The notes under the pieces were generated by a model that was not told the origin of the DNA, did no database searches, and worked only from the letters and a program-made list of their open reading frames with translations. The position numbers were made by a program, and so were the translations under genes. Below are positions 26,913-35,522 of a DNA stretch of 64,000 bases, in pieces (the first letter of the stretch is position 1; each line of letters opens with the position of its first letter). The DNA comes from an uncultured bacterium (GTDB lineage Bacteria > Cyanobacteriota > Vampirovibrionia > Gastranaerophilales > Gastranaerophilaceae): NCBI GenBank assembly GCA_949296425.1, contig CASFPN010000024.1, forward strand, positions 7,071 through 71,070, given 5' to 3'.

Positions 26913-28880
26913 TTGAACGAAAATAAAGAAAAAATAACAGAACAAGTAAAACAAAAAGACTTATCTAAAAGCGGAAGTACGACTACAAATCCGCTTTCTA
27001 AAACGCTTAACAAACTTAAAAAGCCTGATTTAAAACATTTAAAATCTGTTGAAGATGAAAATCAGCTAAAAAAAGAAGAGAAAAAAGCCTCCAATCCGAT
27101 TATTGCCGAAACATCAAATATTGTTGCGCGCATAAATAATTTTAATACAAACAAAACTGCTAACAGGATGTACGCGGGCTATATGAACAATGCTGCAAGC
27201 TCCCGCCGCGTTGTTGATTATTCGGAACTTGTATACAGTCTGAATGCCTCACTTCAAGGGAAAACAAGTCTACATGAACTTTTCAATGCCGTTCATAATT
27301 TATTCAGTGAAAAATTAAACAGTGTTTTCACCGTATTCGGGATTGTCCATGAGCAATCAAAATGTATTAATCTGAAACTTTTCAATTCAATGGGAAGTAC
27401 ATATTCCTCAAAACTTTTACTTTCCGATGAAACCAATCCCATTATCCAATGCTTTAACAACGGAAATGTTATTGTACAGGATAATAACAAATTTTTAGAT
27501 ATTCCATATCTGCCGGCTTCATCTGCCTATATTTTTCCTCTGAATTCAATCAATGGACGCCAGGGTGTTATGGTTATCGGAAAAGACTCGCTTGAAAACC
27601 ATATTGGTCTGTTTTCATTTATTGCGAATTATTGTGCTCTTTTTATGCAAAATGTGGAACTTCTTGAGCAGACCAACAAATATGCAAATACTGACACACT
27701 TACAGGACTTTATACACACAGAGGTTTTCAGGAAGTTTTGACGGCAGAGCTGAAAAAAGCCTCGGATAATGAGTCAAATCTTTCTATAATAATGCTTGAT
27801 GTTAATAACATATCAAAAATCAACAGGGAACTGGGCCATGCCAAGGGTGATGAGGTTATCAAACTTCTTGCGGAAAAGGTAAAACAGAATATCCGCAGCA
27901 CCGACAAAGCAGGCCGCTACGGAGGAGATGAAATCGCCATAATTCTGCCTGATACAAGTACGGCCGATGCCAAGTATCTTGCAGAATATATTACCTATTG
28001 TCTGTCATGCTGTTTTGTAGACGATGTCGGGCCTGTCAAAGTTTCCGTCGGAATTGCAACATATCCGGAATGCAGCAAAGATCAGGAAAAACTATTAATA
28101 CTGGCAGAGCAGGCAATGTATATTTCTCAGGCAAAGGGCTATAAGGAAGGAATGTCTGCAATTATAAGTTCTGCTGATTACAACTTCTGGGACGACGAGG
28201 CACTGAATTCATTTGCGGAAGTTGTTGCAAAACGGCACTCACAACTCGGAATTGATTTTGGAGAAGAACTTTTACACAAATTCAATAACGAACAGATTGT
28301 TTCACAAAATCACCTTATGGAACTTGCCAATTCGCTTGCCGGTGCAATTGATGCAAAAGATCCGTATACCAAAGGGCATTCCACCTCCGTTTCAAGATAT
28401 TCGGAAGCTCTTGCGCGCGCAATTAACCTTCCGGAAGAAGAAGTTCAACGAATAAAACTCGGAGCCCTTCTTCATGATGTGGGTAAAATCGGTATACCTG
28501 AAAATGTGCTGAAAAAACCCGGTAAACTTGAAGGCGAAGAATGGGAAATTATGAAGCAGCATCCGGTTATAGGTGCAGAAAAAGTTCTTGCACCCAACGA
28601 TGCGCTGAGAGATTTAATTCCGATTGTCAAATACCATCATGAACACATTGACGGAAGCGGATACCCGGAACAACTTAAAGGTGAAAACATTCCGCTCGCG
28701 GCAAGAATTGTTGCTGTTGCAGATACTTTTCATGCCCTGATATCAGACAGACCTTACCGTAAGGGAATGAGCATTGAAAAGGCCTGTGAAATTTTAAAAG
28801 ACGGTGCAGGCAAACTCTGGGATTCCGATTTGGTACGCCAGTTTATAGCAATTGCTCCGTCGCTGTCAACAAGTGTTTAA
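26913..28880 (+). CDS. GAF-like + GGDEF + HD-GYP c-di-GMP enzyme
   Basis: DTLTGL, RSTD I-site, GGDEI; LLHDVGKIG, HHEHIDGSGYP. Exact start uncertain. Confidence 0.92.
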   Translation: MNENKEKITEQVKQKDLSKSGSTTTNPLSKTLNKLKKPDLKHLKSVEDENQLKKEEKKASNPIIAETSNIVARINNFNTNKTANRMYAGYMNNAASSRRVVDYSELVYSLNASLQGKTSLHELFNAVHNLFSEKLNSVFTVFGIVHEQSKCINLKLFNSMGSTYSSKLLLSDETNPIIQCFNNGNVIVQDNNKFLDIPYLPASSAYIFPLNSINGRQGVMVIGKDSLENHIGLFSFIANYCALFMQNVELLEQTNKYANTDTLTGLYTHRGFQEVLTAELKKASDNESNLSIIMLDVNNISKINRELGHAKGDEVIKLLAEKVKQNIRSTDKAGRYGGDEIAIILPDTSTADAKYLAEYITYCLSCCFVDDVGPVKVSVGIATYPECSKDQEKLLILAEQAMYISQAKGYKEGMSAIISSADYNFWDDEALNSFAEVVAKRHSQLGIDFGEELLHKFNNEQIVSQNHLMELANSLAGAIDAKDPYTKGHSTSVSRYSEALARAINLPEEEVQRIKLGALLHDVGKIGIPENVLKKPGKLEGEEWEIMKQHPVIGAEKVLAPNDALRDLIPIVKYHHEHIDGSGYPEQLKGENIPLAARIVAVADTFHALISDRPYRKGMSIEKACEILKDGAGKLWDSDLVRQFIAIAPSLSTSV

Positions 28881-29011
28881 TTTTTTTAAATCTGACTTCT
28901 CAATTTGGGATTTATGCTTGCATAATTTCAAAAAAAGTGTATAATAATATGAACTAAAGAAATTTTGCAAAAGGTTTCTTTAAAGTACCACTTTAAATCA
29001 GGAGAAGAAAA

Positions 29012-29305
29012 ATGTACCAAGATGAAAAACTTGTTTGTGAAGATTGCGGCGCAGAATTCGTCTTCACGGCAGGTGAACAGGAATTTTACGCAGAAAAAGG
29101 TTTGGTAAACAAACCTAAAAGATGCCCTGAATGCAGAAAAGCACGCAGAAAAAACAACAGAAAACACAGAAAAATGTATGAAGCAGTATGCTCTAAATGC
29201 GGAGCTCAAACACAGGTTCCATTTAAACCTATTCCGGGCAAAGAAGTCTTTTGCAAAGATTGCTTCGTAAAAGAACAGGAAAACGCGGAACAAACAGCTG
29301 AATAG
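29012..29305 (+). CDS. Zinc-ribbon domain protein (two CxxC...CxxC units)
   Basis: LVCEDCGAEFVFTAGEQEFY..KG...PKRCPECR; CSKCG...VPFKP...VFCKDC. Confidence 0.9.
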   Translation: MYQDEKLVCEDCGAEFVFTAGEQEFYAEKGLVNKPKRCPECRKARRKNNRKHRKMYEAVCSKCGAQTQVPFKPIPGKEVFCKDCFVKEQENAEQTAE

Positions 29306-29346
29306 AACAATATAATAGAAAATTTTATAATAAAAAAAACATTCTT

Positions 29347-29403
29347 GTCATTCTGAATTAATTTCAGAATCTCAGTCAAATTTTGAAACACGTTCAGAAT
29401 AAC
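29347..29403. repeat. REP-like palindrome pair
   Basis: GTCATTCTGAATTAATTTCAGAATCTC followed by degenerate inverted copy AAATTTTGAAACACGTTCAGAATAAC. Confidence 0.7.
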
Positions 29404-29464
29404 ATACAAAAATAGTTTTATCTATATTCAAAAACAGACCGGATAAGTTTCCGGTCTGTTTGTT

Positions 29465-29773
29465 TTATACGCCTATGCAGCTGTTTAAATATTCAATTGT
29501 GCTTATTTTTTCATCGTACAAATACTTTATGAAATTTAAATATGCAGCGTTATGTGAGGTTATTACAAGGTTTATTTCAAATCCGTCGGTACAGAAAGGT
29601 TCATAATCATAAACAACATAGCTGTTATATTTACTTTTCCATTCCTTTCTTTCAATACGGCTGTTGTTTTCTTCAATAACATCTTCAAGCCACGCTATAA
29701 TGTCCTTATTCACATTTTTCATTTCCAAGCGATTGTACTTGCTGCAATCATGGCAATCATTTCCCATTAACAT
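29465..29773 (-). CDS. Hypothetical protein (102 aa)
   Basis: GGAG RBS; terminator-like hairpin at about 29433-29465. Confidence 0.7.
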   Translation of the reverse strand: MLMGNDCHDCSKYNRLEMKNVNKDIIAWLEDVIEENNSRIERKEWKSKYNSYVVYDYEPFCTDGFEINLVITSHNAAYLNFIKYLYDEKISTIEYLNSCIGV

Positions 29774-29907
29774 GTTAAATTACTCCACCAAATGTTATAT
29801 GTAAATTTTACATCTTTTTTCACTTAAAAGAATCCCCTTTAGGTATAGTAATAAAATAGTGAAATATGGTGATTTATTATTTTTTTTTAATTGTTTTATT
29901 TAAAATT

Positions 29908-30651
29908 TTATTTACATTTCGTTTTTGTTTTCCACCCGAGACCTGAGCATTTACGATAATCTAAATTTTCATTATACAAAACCCATGCTGTACAGCCATT
30001 ATATTTGTTAGATTTAAAACAAGTAGTTTCAAAAGGGCATGCTGTATCTTCCGGCGTACCATATGGAATAATCCCGTATTTAGTTAAAGCAAATTCGAAA
30101 ATATCAACGCCATATTGATTAGGCCGACGGTTACCGTTTGTATCAACAATTATCCATGCACAAACAGATGCAAGATGTTTTGTATTCCCCCTATTATTTG
30201 TACATTCACCGCTTAACCCCGCAAAACCTAATGCCGTCCCATCATTTAGTACAATCTTTCCGACATCCTGCCTGGTGTCAACATTGCTGCCAGGAGAAAA
30301 ACAACCTTTACTTACTCCGCAATTTTTTACTGTACGCATATATATGGCAAATAAATTTGCGAGATTGACAGAACTTTTTTTCCCTTCTTCAGTCGGAACT
30401 CCTGGAGTTCCTCCATTTGCAGATACAATCCCCCAGTTTGTTGGATCTCCGTATTTAGCGCTAAGCATAAAATACGCCTGTGAAAGAGAAGAATAAACTT
30501 TTTTTAATCTGCTTACAGTATCTTTGTCACTTTTATTTTGAATAAGAGAAGGCATTGTCATAGCAGCAACAATTCCGATAATACCTAATGTTATTAAGAT
30601 TTCTGCAAGAGTAAAGCCACATTTTAGTTTTGCCGGTTTTATAAAATTCAT
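29908..30651 (-). CDS. Type IV pilin-like protein (short leader)
   Basis: KLKCG|FTLAEILITLGIIGIVAAMTMP; VDTNGNRRPNQYGVDIF; Cys-rich C-terminus. Confidence 0.9.
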   Translation of the reverse strand: MNFIKPAKLKCGFTLAEILITLGIIGIVAAMTMPSLIQNKSDKDTVSRLKKVYSSLSQAYFMLSAKYGDPTNWGIVSANGGTPGVPTEEGKKSSVNLANLFAIYMRTVKNCGVSKGCFSPGSNVDTRQDVGKIVLNDGTALGFAGLSGECTNNRGNTKHLASVCAWIIVDTNGNRRPNQYGVDIFEFALTKYGIIPYGTPEDTACPFETTCFKSNKYNGCTAWVLYNENLDYRKCSGLGWKTKTKCK

Positions 30652-30674
30652 TTTTAAAACCCATATAATATTTT

Positions 30675-30733
30675 AATTGTTTTCTACAATATATTTATTG
30701 TTTTTAATAAATAATATATTGTAGAAAACAATT
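30675..30733. repeat. Perfect 21-bp inverted repeat with 17-bp spacer
   Basis: AATTGTTTTCTACAATATATT (30675-30695) and its reverse complement (30713-30733). Confidence 0.92.
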
Positions 30734-30739
30734 TGTCAA
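30711..30739 (-). promoter_or_regulatory. sigma70 promoter of the pilin-like gene
   Basis: TTGACA-17-TATTAT on the minus strand. Confidence 0.7.
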
Positions 30740-30756
30740 GCAAATAAAATTCTGTT

Positions 30757-30987
30757 ATGAATAAAAAAGAAATATTAAAAGAATTCGGACGGAATTTAAA
30801 AGCTGAAAGAAACCGCGCAGGTTTATCTCAAGAACAGTTAGCCGAAAAAATAGGAGTTTCTTACGGTCAGGTAATAGGAACTATTGAAAGAGGAGAAACA
30901 AATACATCTCTCTCTGTAATTATAGCTATAATGAATGCTCTTAATTTGGATTTTGAAGCACTTTTTAACCGAAAAAAATTTTTTTAA
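30757..30987 (+). CDS. XRE-family HTH regulator
   Basis: FGRNLKAERNRAGLSQEQLAEKIG...IGTIERGE.N.S. Confidence 0.92.
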   Translation: MNKKEILKEFGRNLKAERNRAGLSQEQLAEKIGVSYGQVIGTIERGETNTSLSVIIAIMNALNLDFEALFNRKKFF

Positions 30988-31067
30988 ATTTTTTCAATTT
31001 TCTTTATAATTAATTGAAATAAATTCCTGACTTTTATAAAATTAAAAGAAACTTCTGGAGTATTATA

Positions 31068-31781
31068 ATGAACGAAAAACGTATTTTGATTGTTGACGAT
31101 GACGACGAAATCAGAGATTTGCTCGAGTTTGACGTAAGAGCAAGCGGATACTTTGTCGATACTGCGCGTGACGGTATGGAAGGGCTTAACAAAGCATTAA
31201 ATAACAGCTACGATTTGATTGTACTTGACGTTATGATGCCTAAAATGAACGGTTTTGATGTTTGCAAAAATATCAGACAGGCAAAACTTGCAATTCCGAT
31301 TTTAATGCTTACCGCAAAAGGAACAATTGATGACAAAACAGAAGGTTTTGACTGCGGCGCGGATGATTATCTGGTCAAACCGTTTGATATTCAGGAAGTA
31401 CTTTTGAGAATACGGGTACTATTGAGAAGAAATCAAATTTTTGATGAAGACAAATCAGCTCTGTCCGACGAAGTTTTAAACGCCGGCGATATAGAAATAT
31501 TTCCGGAAACCCTTGAAGCCGTAATTGTCAATAAAAAGGTCAAACTCACCCCAACTGAGTTTGAAATTTTGTATTCTTTAATGCAGCACTTTAATCATCC
31601 TGTCACCCTTGCAACTTTGCTGGATGAAGTTTGGGGATATGACAGCAACGAAGATGTAAGAATGCTTAGAGTTCATGTGGGAGGCTTGCGAAACAAAATT
31701 GAACCTGATACCAAACACCCAAGATACTTGCATACCGTGACAAATGTCGGTTACAAATTAACTCCGTTCGGGGAAGGATAA
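31068..31781 (+). CDS. OmpR-family response regulator
   Basis: ILIVDDD, LDVMMP, MLTAK, GADDYLVKPF; wHTH with LTPTEFEIL. Confidence 0.96.
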   Translation: MNEKRILIVDDDDEIRDLLEFDVRASGYFVDTARDGMEGLNKALNNSYDLIVLDVMMPKMNGFDVCKNIRQAKLAIPILMLTAKGTIDDKTEGFDCGADDYLVKPFDIQEVLLRIRVLLRRNQIFDEDKSALSDEVLNAGDIEIFPETLEAVIVNKKVKLTPTEFEILYSLMQHFNHPVTLATLLDEVWGYDSNEDVRMLRVHVGGLRNKIEPDTKHPRYLHTVTNVGYKLTPFGEG

Positions 31782-31784
31782 TTT

Positions 31785-33461
31785 ATGTTTGGCAAACATT
31801 TGAAAATTGTTGAACAAATTGCAATTGTTGTTGTTTTCGCTGTTATTGTTCCTATGACAATAAGCGGTTTTATAATAAACAACATCAACCAGCAGTCAAT
31901 GAGATACCAGCTCAGAGAATCTGCTGTTTTGATAGCAAATATGGTTTCTGACGAAATTGACTTCTTTAATAAAACAATATTAAGCAATCTTGAGCAGGTA
32001 GTATTTTCTTTAGAACATTTACCGACACAGAGAGCAAAAGAACAGTATTTAAAATCAGTAATTAAACAGCTTGATGATTGTGAAAATATCGCAGTTGTAA
32101 ATGAAGAAGAACTTGAAGCAATTGAAAAACGTGACAGACTCAATAACAAGGCTTCAATTTCACTAAAAACGGGAGAAAACCAATATCTTGTGGCGACTTT
32201 TCAACTTGATGCCGTTAAAGATGAACTTTTCAGATCTCTAGCCGATGACAAAAGACAGATTTATGTACTCACGGGCGACGGTGATTTAATCGCTGAACAT
32301 AATTACACTGAAGAAGCTTATAAAAAAACTATTTCTCTCCTGCCTGATAAATTGAAAAAAGATGAACCCGTAATATTCGGGGATGTAAAAAACCAGCCTC
32401 TTGTATATGTTTCAAAAGACGACCCCAAAATTACAATTATCGTAAATACAACAGAAAAAGTTACACAAAAAGCAATCACAAATAACAGCTTAAAAATTAT
32501 TCTGTCCTGTCTTGCTGCAACATTTGCAATTATCTTTGTCGTTGCTCTTTATACATATTACCTTTATATCAATATAAGACAGTTATTTAAAGGAATAATT
32601 GCAATTTCAAAAGGTAATTACGAACGACAGATAAGACTTCTTACAACAGCATTTACACCTCATGAAATAATATTTCTTGCATTTGAATTTAACCGTATGG
32701 CAACTGAAATCCATAAGTCTTATATTCAACTTAAAAAGAATAACGTTGAGTTAAAGGAACTCAACGAATTTCGCTCAAACTTAATTGATACGGTAAGCCA
32801 TGAACTCAGAACCCCTTTAACAAGCATTCAAGGCTACACATCACGGCTTATGCGTCAGGATATAACAATTGACGAAGAAACAAGACAAAAATCTTTAAGA
32901 ATAATAAAAGAACAATCAGAACGCTTGAAACGGCTTATTGATGATTTACTCACCATTCCGGATATCGAAGGAATGCGCCTAAGAACAAATATGGAAGAAG
33001 TTTGGCTGCCTGAAATCCTTGAAGAATCAAGAGTTCTGGTCAAAAATAAAAGAGGAATGGAAATAATTTTCAATCTCTCAGAAGATTTTCCGCTTGTTCT
33101 GGGGGACAAAGACAGACTTCTTCAGGTATTTGTAAACCTTCTTGAAAATGCTGCAAAATACGCTGCAGAAGATTCAAAAATTGTGGTTGATACAGTCATA
33201 CAAGATAACTATGCAAAAATCTTTGTAAAAAATGACTGTGAAGTTATTCCGCCCAAAAAATTGAAGAAACTGTTCGAAAAATTTGTCCGCCTTGACGATA
33301 ACACAACAAGAACAACCAGAGGCACAGGGCTTGGCCTGTTTATTGTAAAAGGTCTTATTGAGGCTATGAACGGCAGTATCGAACTCCGCAGCGATAAAAA
33401 TTGCGGCTTTTGCGTTGAAGTAACATTGCACCTCGCAAACGTTCAAGAGGCCGTAAAATGA
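31785..33461 (+). CDS. Sensor histidine kinase (2 TM, HAMP, HisKA, HATPase)
   Basis: VSHELRTPLTSIQG, QVFVNLLENAAKY, GTGLGL. Confidence 0.94.
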   Translation: MFGKHLKIVEQIAIVVVFAVIVPMTISGFIINNINQQSMRYQLRESAVLIANMVSDEIDFFNKTILSNLEQVVFSLEHLPTQRAKEQYLKSVIKQLDDCENIAVVNEEELEAIEKRDRLNNKASISLKTGENQYLVATFQLDAVKDELFRSLADDKRQIYVLTGDGDLIAEHNYTEEAYKKTISLLPDKLKKDEPVIFGDVKNQPLVYVSKDDPKITIIVNTTEKVTQKAITNNSLKIILSCLAATFAIIFVVALYTYYLYINIRQLFKGIIAISKGNYERQIRLLTTAFTPHEIIFLAFEFNRMATEIHKSYIQLKKNNVELKELNEFRSNLIDTVSHELRTPLTSIQGYTSRLMRQDITIDEETRQKSLRIIKEQSERLKRLIDDLLTIPDIEGMRLRTNMEEVWLPEILEESRVLVKNKRGMEIIFNLSEDFPLVLGDKDRLLQVFVNLLENAAKYAAEDSKIVVDTVIQDNYAKIFVKNDCEVIPPKKLKKLFEKFVRLDDNTTRTTRGTGLGLFIVKGLIEAMNGSIELRSDKNCGFCVEVTLHLANVQEAVK

Positions 33462-33883
33462 AACGCGCTGTTGAACTTGCAAAAAACTCAAAAGGAGAAA
33501 TCCCTGTAGGAGCATTAATAATTAAAGACGGCGAAATTATAGCGGAAACTTTCAACCGGAAAGAAGCAACAAACGATGTAACCGCTCATGCTGAAATCCT
33601 TGCCATACGCGAAGCCGAACAAAAATTAGGCCGCTGGCGTCTTGATGACTGTGAAATGTATGTAACTTTGGAACCCTGTCCCATGTGTGCCTGGGCAATA
33701 GTTTCAGCAAGAATAAAGACTGTATATTTCGGCTCTTATGATAAAAATTACGGAGCTTTAGGCTCTGTTATAGATGTTAGAAAACTTGCCAATTCAAAAA
33801 CAAAAGTTTACGGCGGTATTATGGAAGATGAATGCGACAAAATATTAAATGATTATTTTAAAAATCTCAGAAGTAAACATTAA
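33458..33883 (+). CDS. tadA: tRNA adenosine deaminase
   Basis: EIPVGA, TAHAEILA, TLEPCPMCA. Confidence 0.88.
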   Translation: MKRAVELAKNSKGEIPVGALIIKDGEIIAETFNRKEATNDVTAHAEILAIREAEQKLGRWRLDDCEMYVTLEPCPMCAWAIVSARIKTVYFGSYDKNYGALGSVIDVRKLANSKTKVYGGIMEDECDKILNDYFKNLRSKH

Positions 33884-33888
33884 CATAA

Positions 33889-33913
33889 AAAAAGACCGTT
33901 TAGCGGTCTTTTT
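33889..33913. terminator. Bidirectional terminator
   Basis: AAAAAGACCG/CGGTCTTTTT. Confidence 0.8.
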
Positions 33914-33978
33914 AAAAAACGTATTTTTTCTAAATGTGTGTGAGTAAATATATATTAATAAGATTGGTAAGATTCGAA

Positions 33979-34395
33979 TTATGAGAAGAAAATATCATCA
34001 AGTGTTTTAAATTCCTTAGAATTGAACAAAGCTTCAGCATGATTTTCTGTTTCAATATCAGTAATAACTTTAGAAACCTCGCCTACCGTCTTGCCGATTC
34101 TTTCATAAACAGCTTTTGACGGAACACGGTTTTTGCTTATACCCGCCATTTCAAAGAGTTCTTGTAAATCAGAGGCATCCTCTTTTGAAACAACACCCTG
34201 CGATGAAACAAAATTAATCTTTGCATAGGGCTGTTCAAGCAGTTTTTCGCCTAATTCTTTTGTCTGTCCCTTAGGTGCAGCAGTTTGTAATTCTTCTACT
34301 TCACGCTTTTCCTGTTTTGATGCTCTTAACGCTTCATAATAAGCTTTCAGAGCTGCTAAATCCTGTTGTTTGTTTCCTGTAACTTTTTCTGACAT
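33979..34395 (-). CDS. Hypothetical protein, paralog of the 34553-34969 gene
   Basis: Shared C-terminal pattern ED..L..L...AG....VY.RI...V..V......IETEN.A...F.S.EF..L..F. Confidence 0.8.
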   Translation of the reverse strand: MSEKVTGNKQQDLAALKAYYEALRASKQEKREVEELQTAAPKGQTKELGEKLLEQPYAKINFVSSQGVVSKEDASDLQELFEMAGISKNRVPSKAVYERIGKTVGEVSKVITDIETENHAEALFNSKEFKTLDDIFFS

Positions 34396-34427
34396 TTCCA
34401 CTTCTCCATATTTTACTCACATAATAT

Positions 34428-34455
34428 TTATCGGCACTAACAAAAGAAAACTTTA
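34428..34455 (-). promoter_or_regulatory. sigma28 (FliA/SigD)-type promoter
   Basis: TAAAGTTT-N12-GCCGATAA; both boxes match the consensus exactly. Confidence 0.75.
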
Positions 34456-34495
34456 ATATTTAAGGGCAATTGTTAAGAAAAATTTACAAACAAAA

Positions 34496-34520
34496 TGACC
34501 GGCTAAAATTTAACCGGTCA
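34496..34520 (-). terminator. Intrinsic terminator of the 34553 gene
   Basis: TGACCGG/CCGGTCA stem followed by TTTTGTTT on the minus strand. Confidence 0.7.
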
Positions 34521-34552
34521 CCAAACCTTGTGAGTAAAAATGAATTTTATCT

Positions 34553-34969
34553 TTATACAATTCCAAATAATGCGTTTAATACCGCAAATTCCTGAGAGGC
34601 AAAAAACTGCTGTGCATTATTTTCCGTTTCAATTTCTTCCATAACGGCGCCGACCTGTGAAACTGATTCACTTATTCTGTTATAAACCGGCTGGGTTACG
34701 GAAATATTTTTCAAACCTGCAATTTGTGCAAGAGAGTTTAATTCCTGCATATCTTCCTGAGGAAGTTTTGTAACTCCTTCAACTTCCATTCCTCTAATCT
34801 GGTCAGACTGCTGTTTTGAACCTATACCAAAATTAAATTCTGCCTGAGTAGTTTCTGCTGCCCTTGCCGTTTGTTCCGTTTTTCCTGTCTTGTCTGTTTT
34901 TTCAACGTTTAAAGTATTCCGTCCGAAATAAACATTTTTCATACTGTCGTTTCCGTCAATTCTTGCCAT
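34553..34969 (-). CDS. Hypothetical protein, paralog of the 33979-34395 gene
   Basis: See paralog; GGAG RBS. Confidence 0.8.
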   Translation of the reverse strand: MARIDGNDSMKNVYFGRNTLNVEKTDKTGKTEQTARAAETTQAEFNFGIGSKQQSDQIRGMEVEGVTKLPQEDMQELNSLAQIAGLKNISVTQPVYNRISESVSQVGAVMEEIETENNAQQFFASQEFAVLNALFGIV

Positions 34970-35291
34970 TTCAAATTCTCCGTTTTTTACTCACATTCTC
35001 TTAATCTATTTAATTAATTTTAATAAAATAACAATACTCTGTTCTCTTAAAATTCCTTTAAATTGATTTCCATATTTATATAAAGTATTTTTGTATTTAA
35101 AAATTGCGTGCATGATATATATTTTTTACATATTCCGTAACATTTTGTTACATTATTTGATTTAACCCGAAATAACGGCGTTTTAACTGTTTTTTAAATG
35201 TATACCTTTGGCTAATAGCATTATTACAGCGTTTTGCTAAGATTGTAATAAGGATAGTCGGTCAAAACTTAAATAAAGAAGAAAGAGATTT

Positions 35292-35522
35292 ATGAAAAAG
35301 AAAAAATCCGGATTAACTCCGCGCGAAATAGATGTATTACTGGAAATGGCGCGCGGCAAAAGCAACGAAGTAATCGGGGAAATTCTCTGCATTACAAAAT
35401 ATACGGTTAAAGCACATCTTACTCATATTTATAAAAAATTCGGAGTAAAAAACAGAACAGAAGCCGCAATGAAAGCCCGCGACAAAGGTATTATTCCTCA
35501 TCAAGACTCAGAACAGCCATAA
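35292..35522 (+). CDS. Stand-alone LuxR/GerE-type HTH regulator
   Basis: [21 protein letters not shown]...[21 protein letters not shown]. Confidence 0.88.
   Translation: MKKKKSGLTPREIDVLLEMARGKSNEVIGEILCITKYTVKAHLTHIYKKFGVKNRTEAAMKARDKGIIPHQDSEQP

Noticed and set aside
28928-29293. 121-aa minus-strand ORF
   Set aside because: It is the antisense shadow of the well-supported zinc-ribbon gene.
33939-34995. TGTGA/TCACA motifs as CRP sites
   Set aside because: Only half-sites; none forms TGTGA-N6-TCACA.
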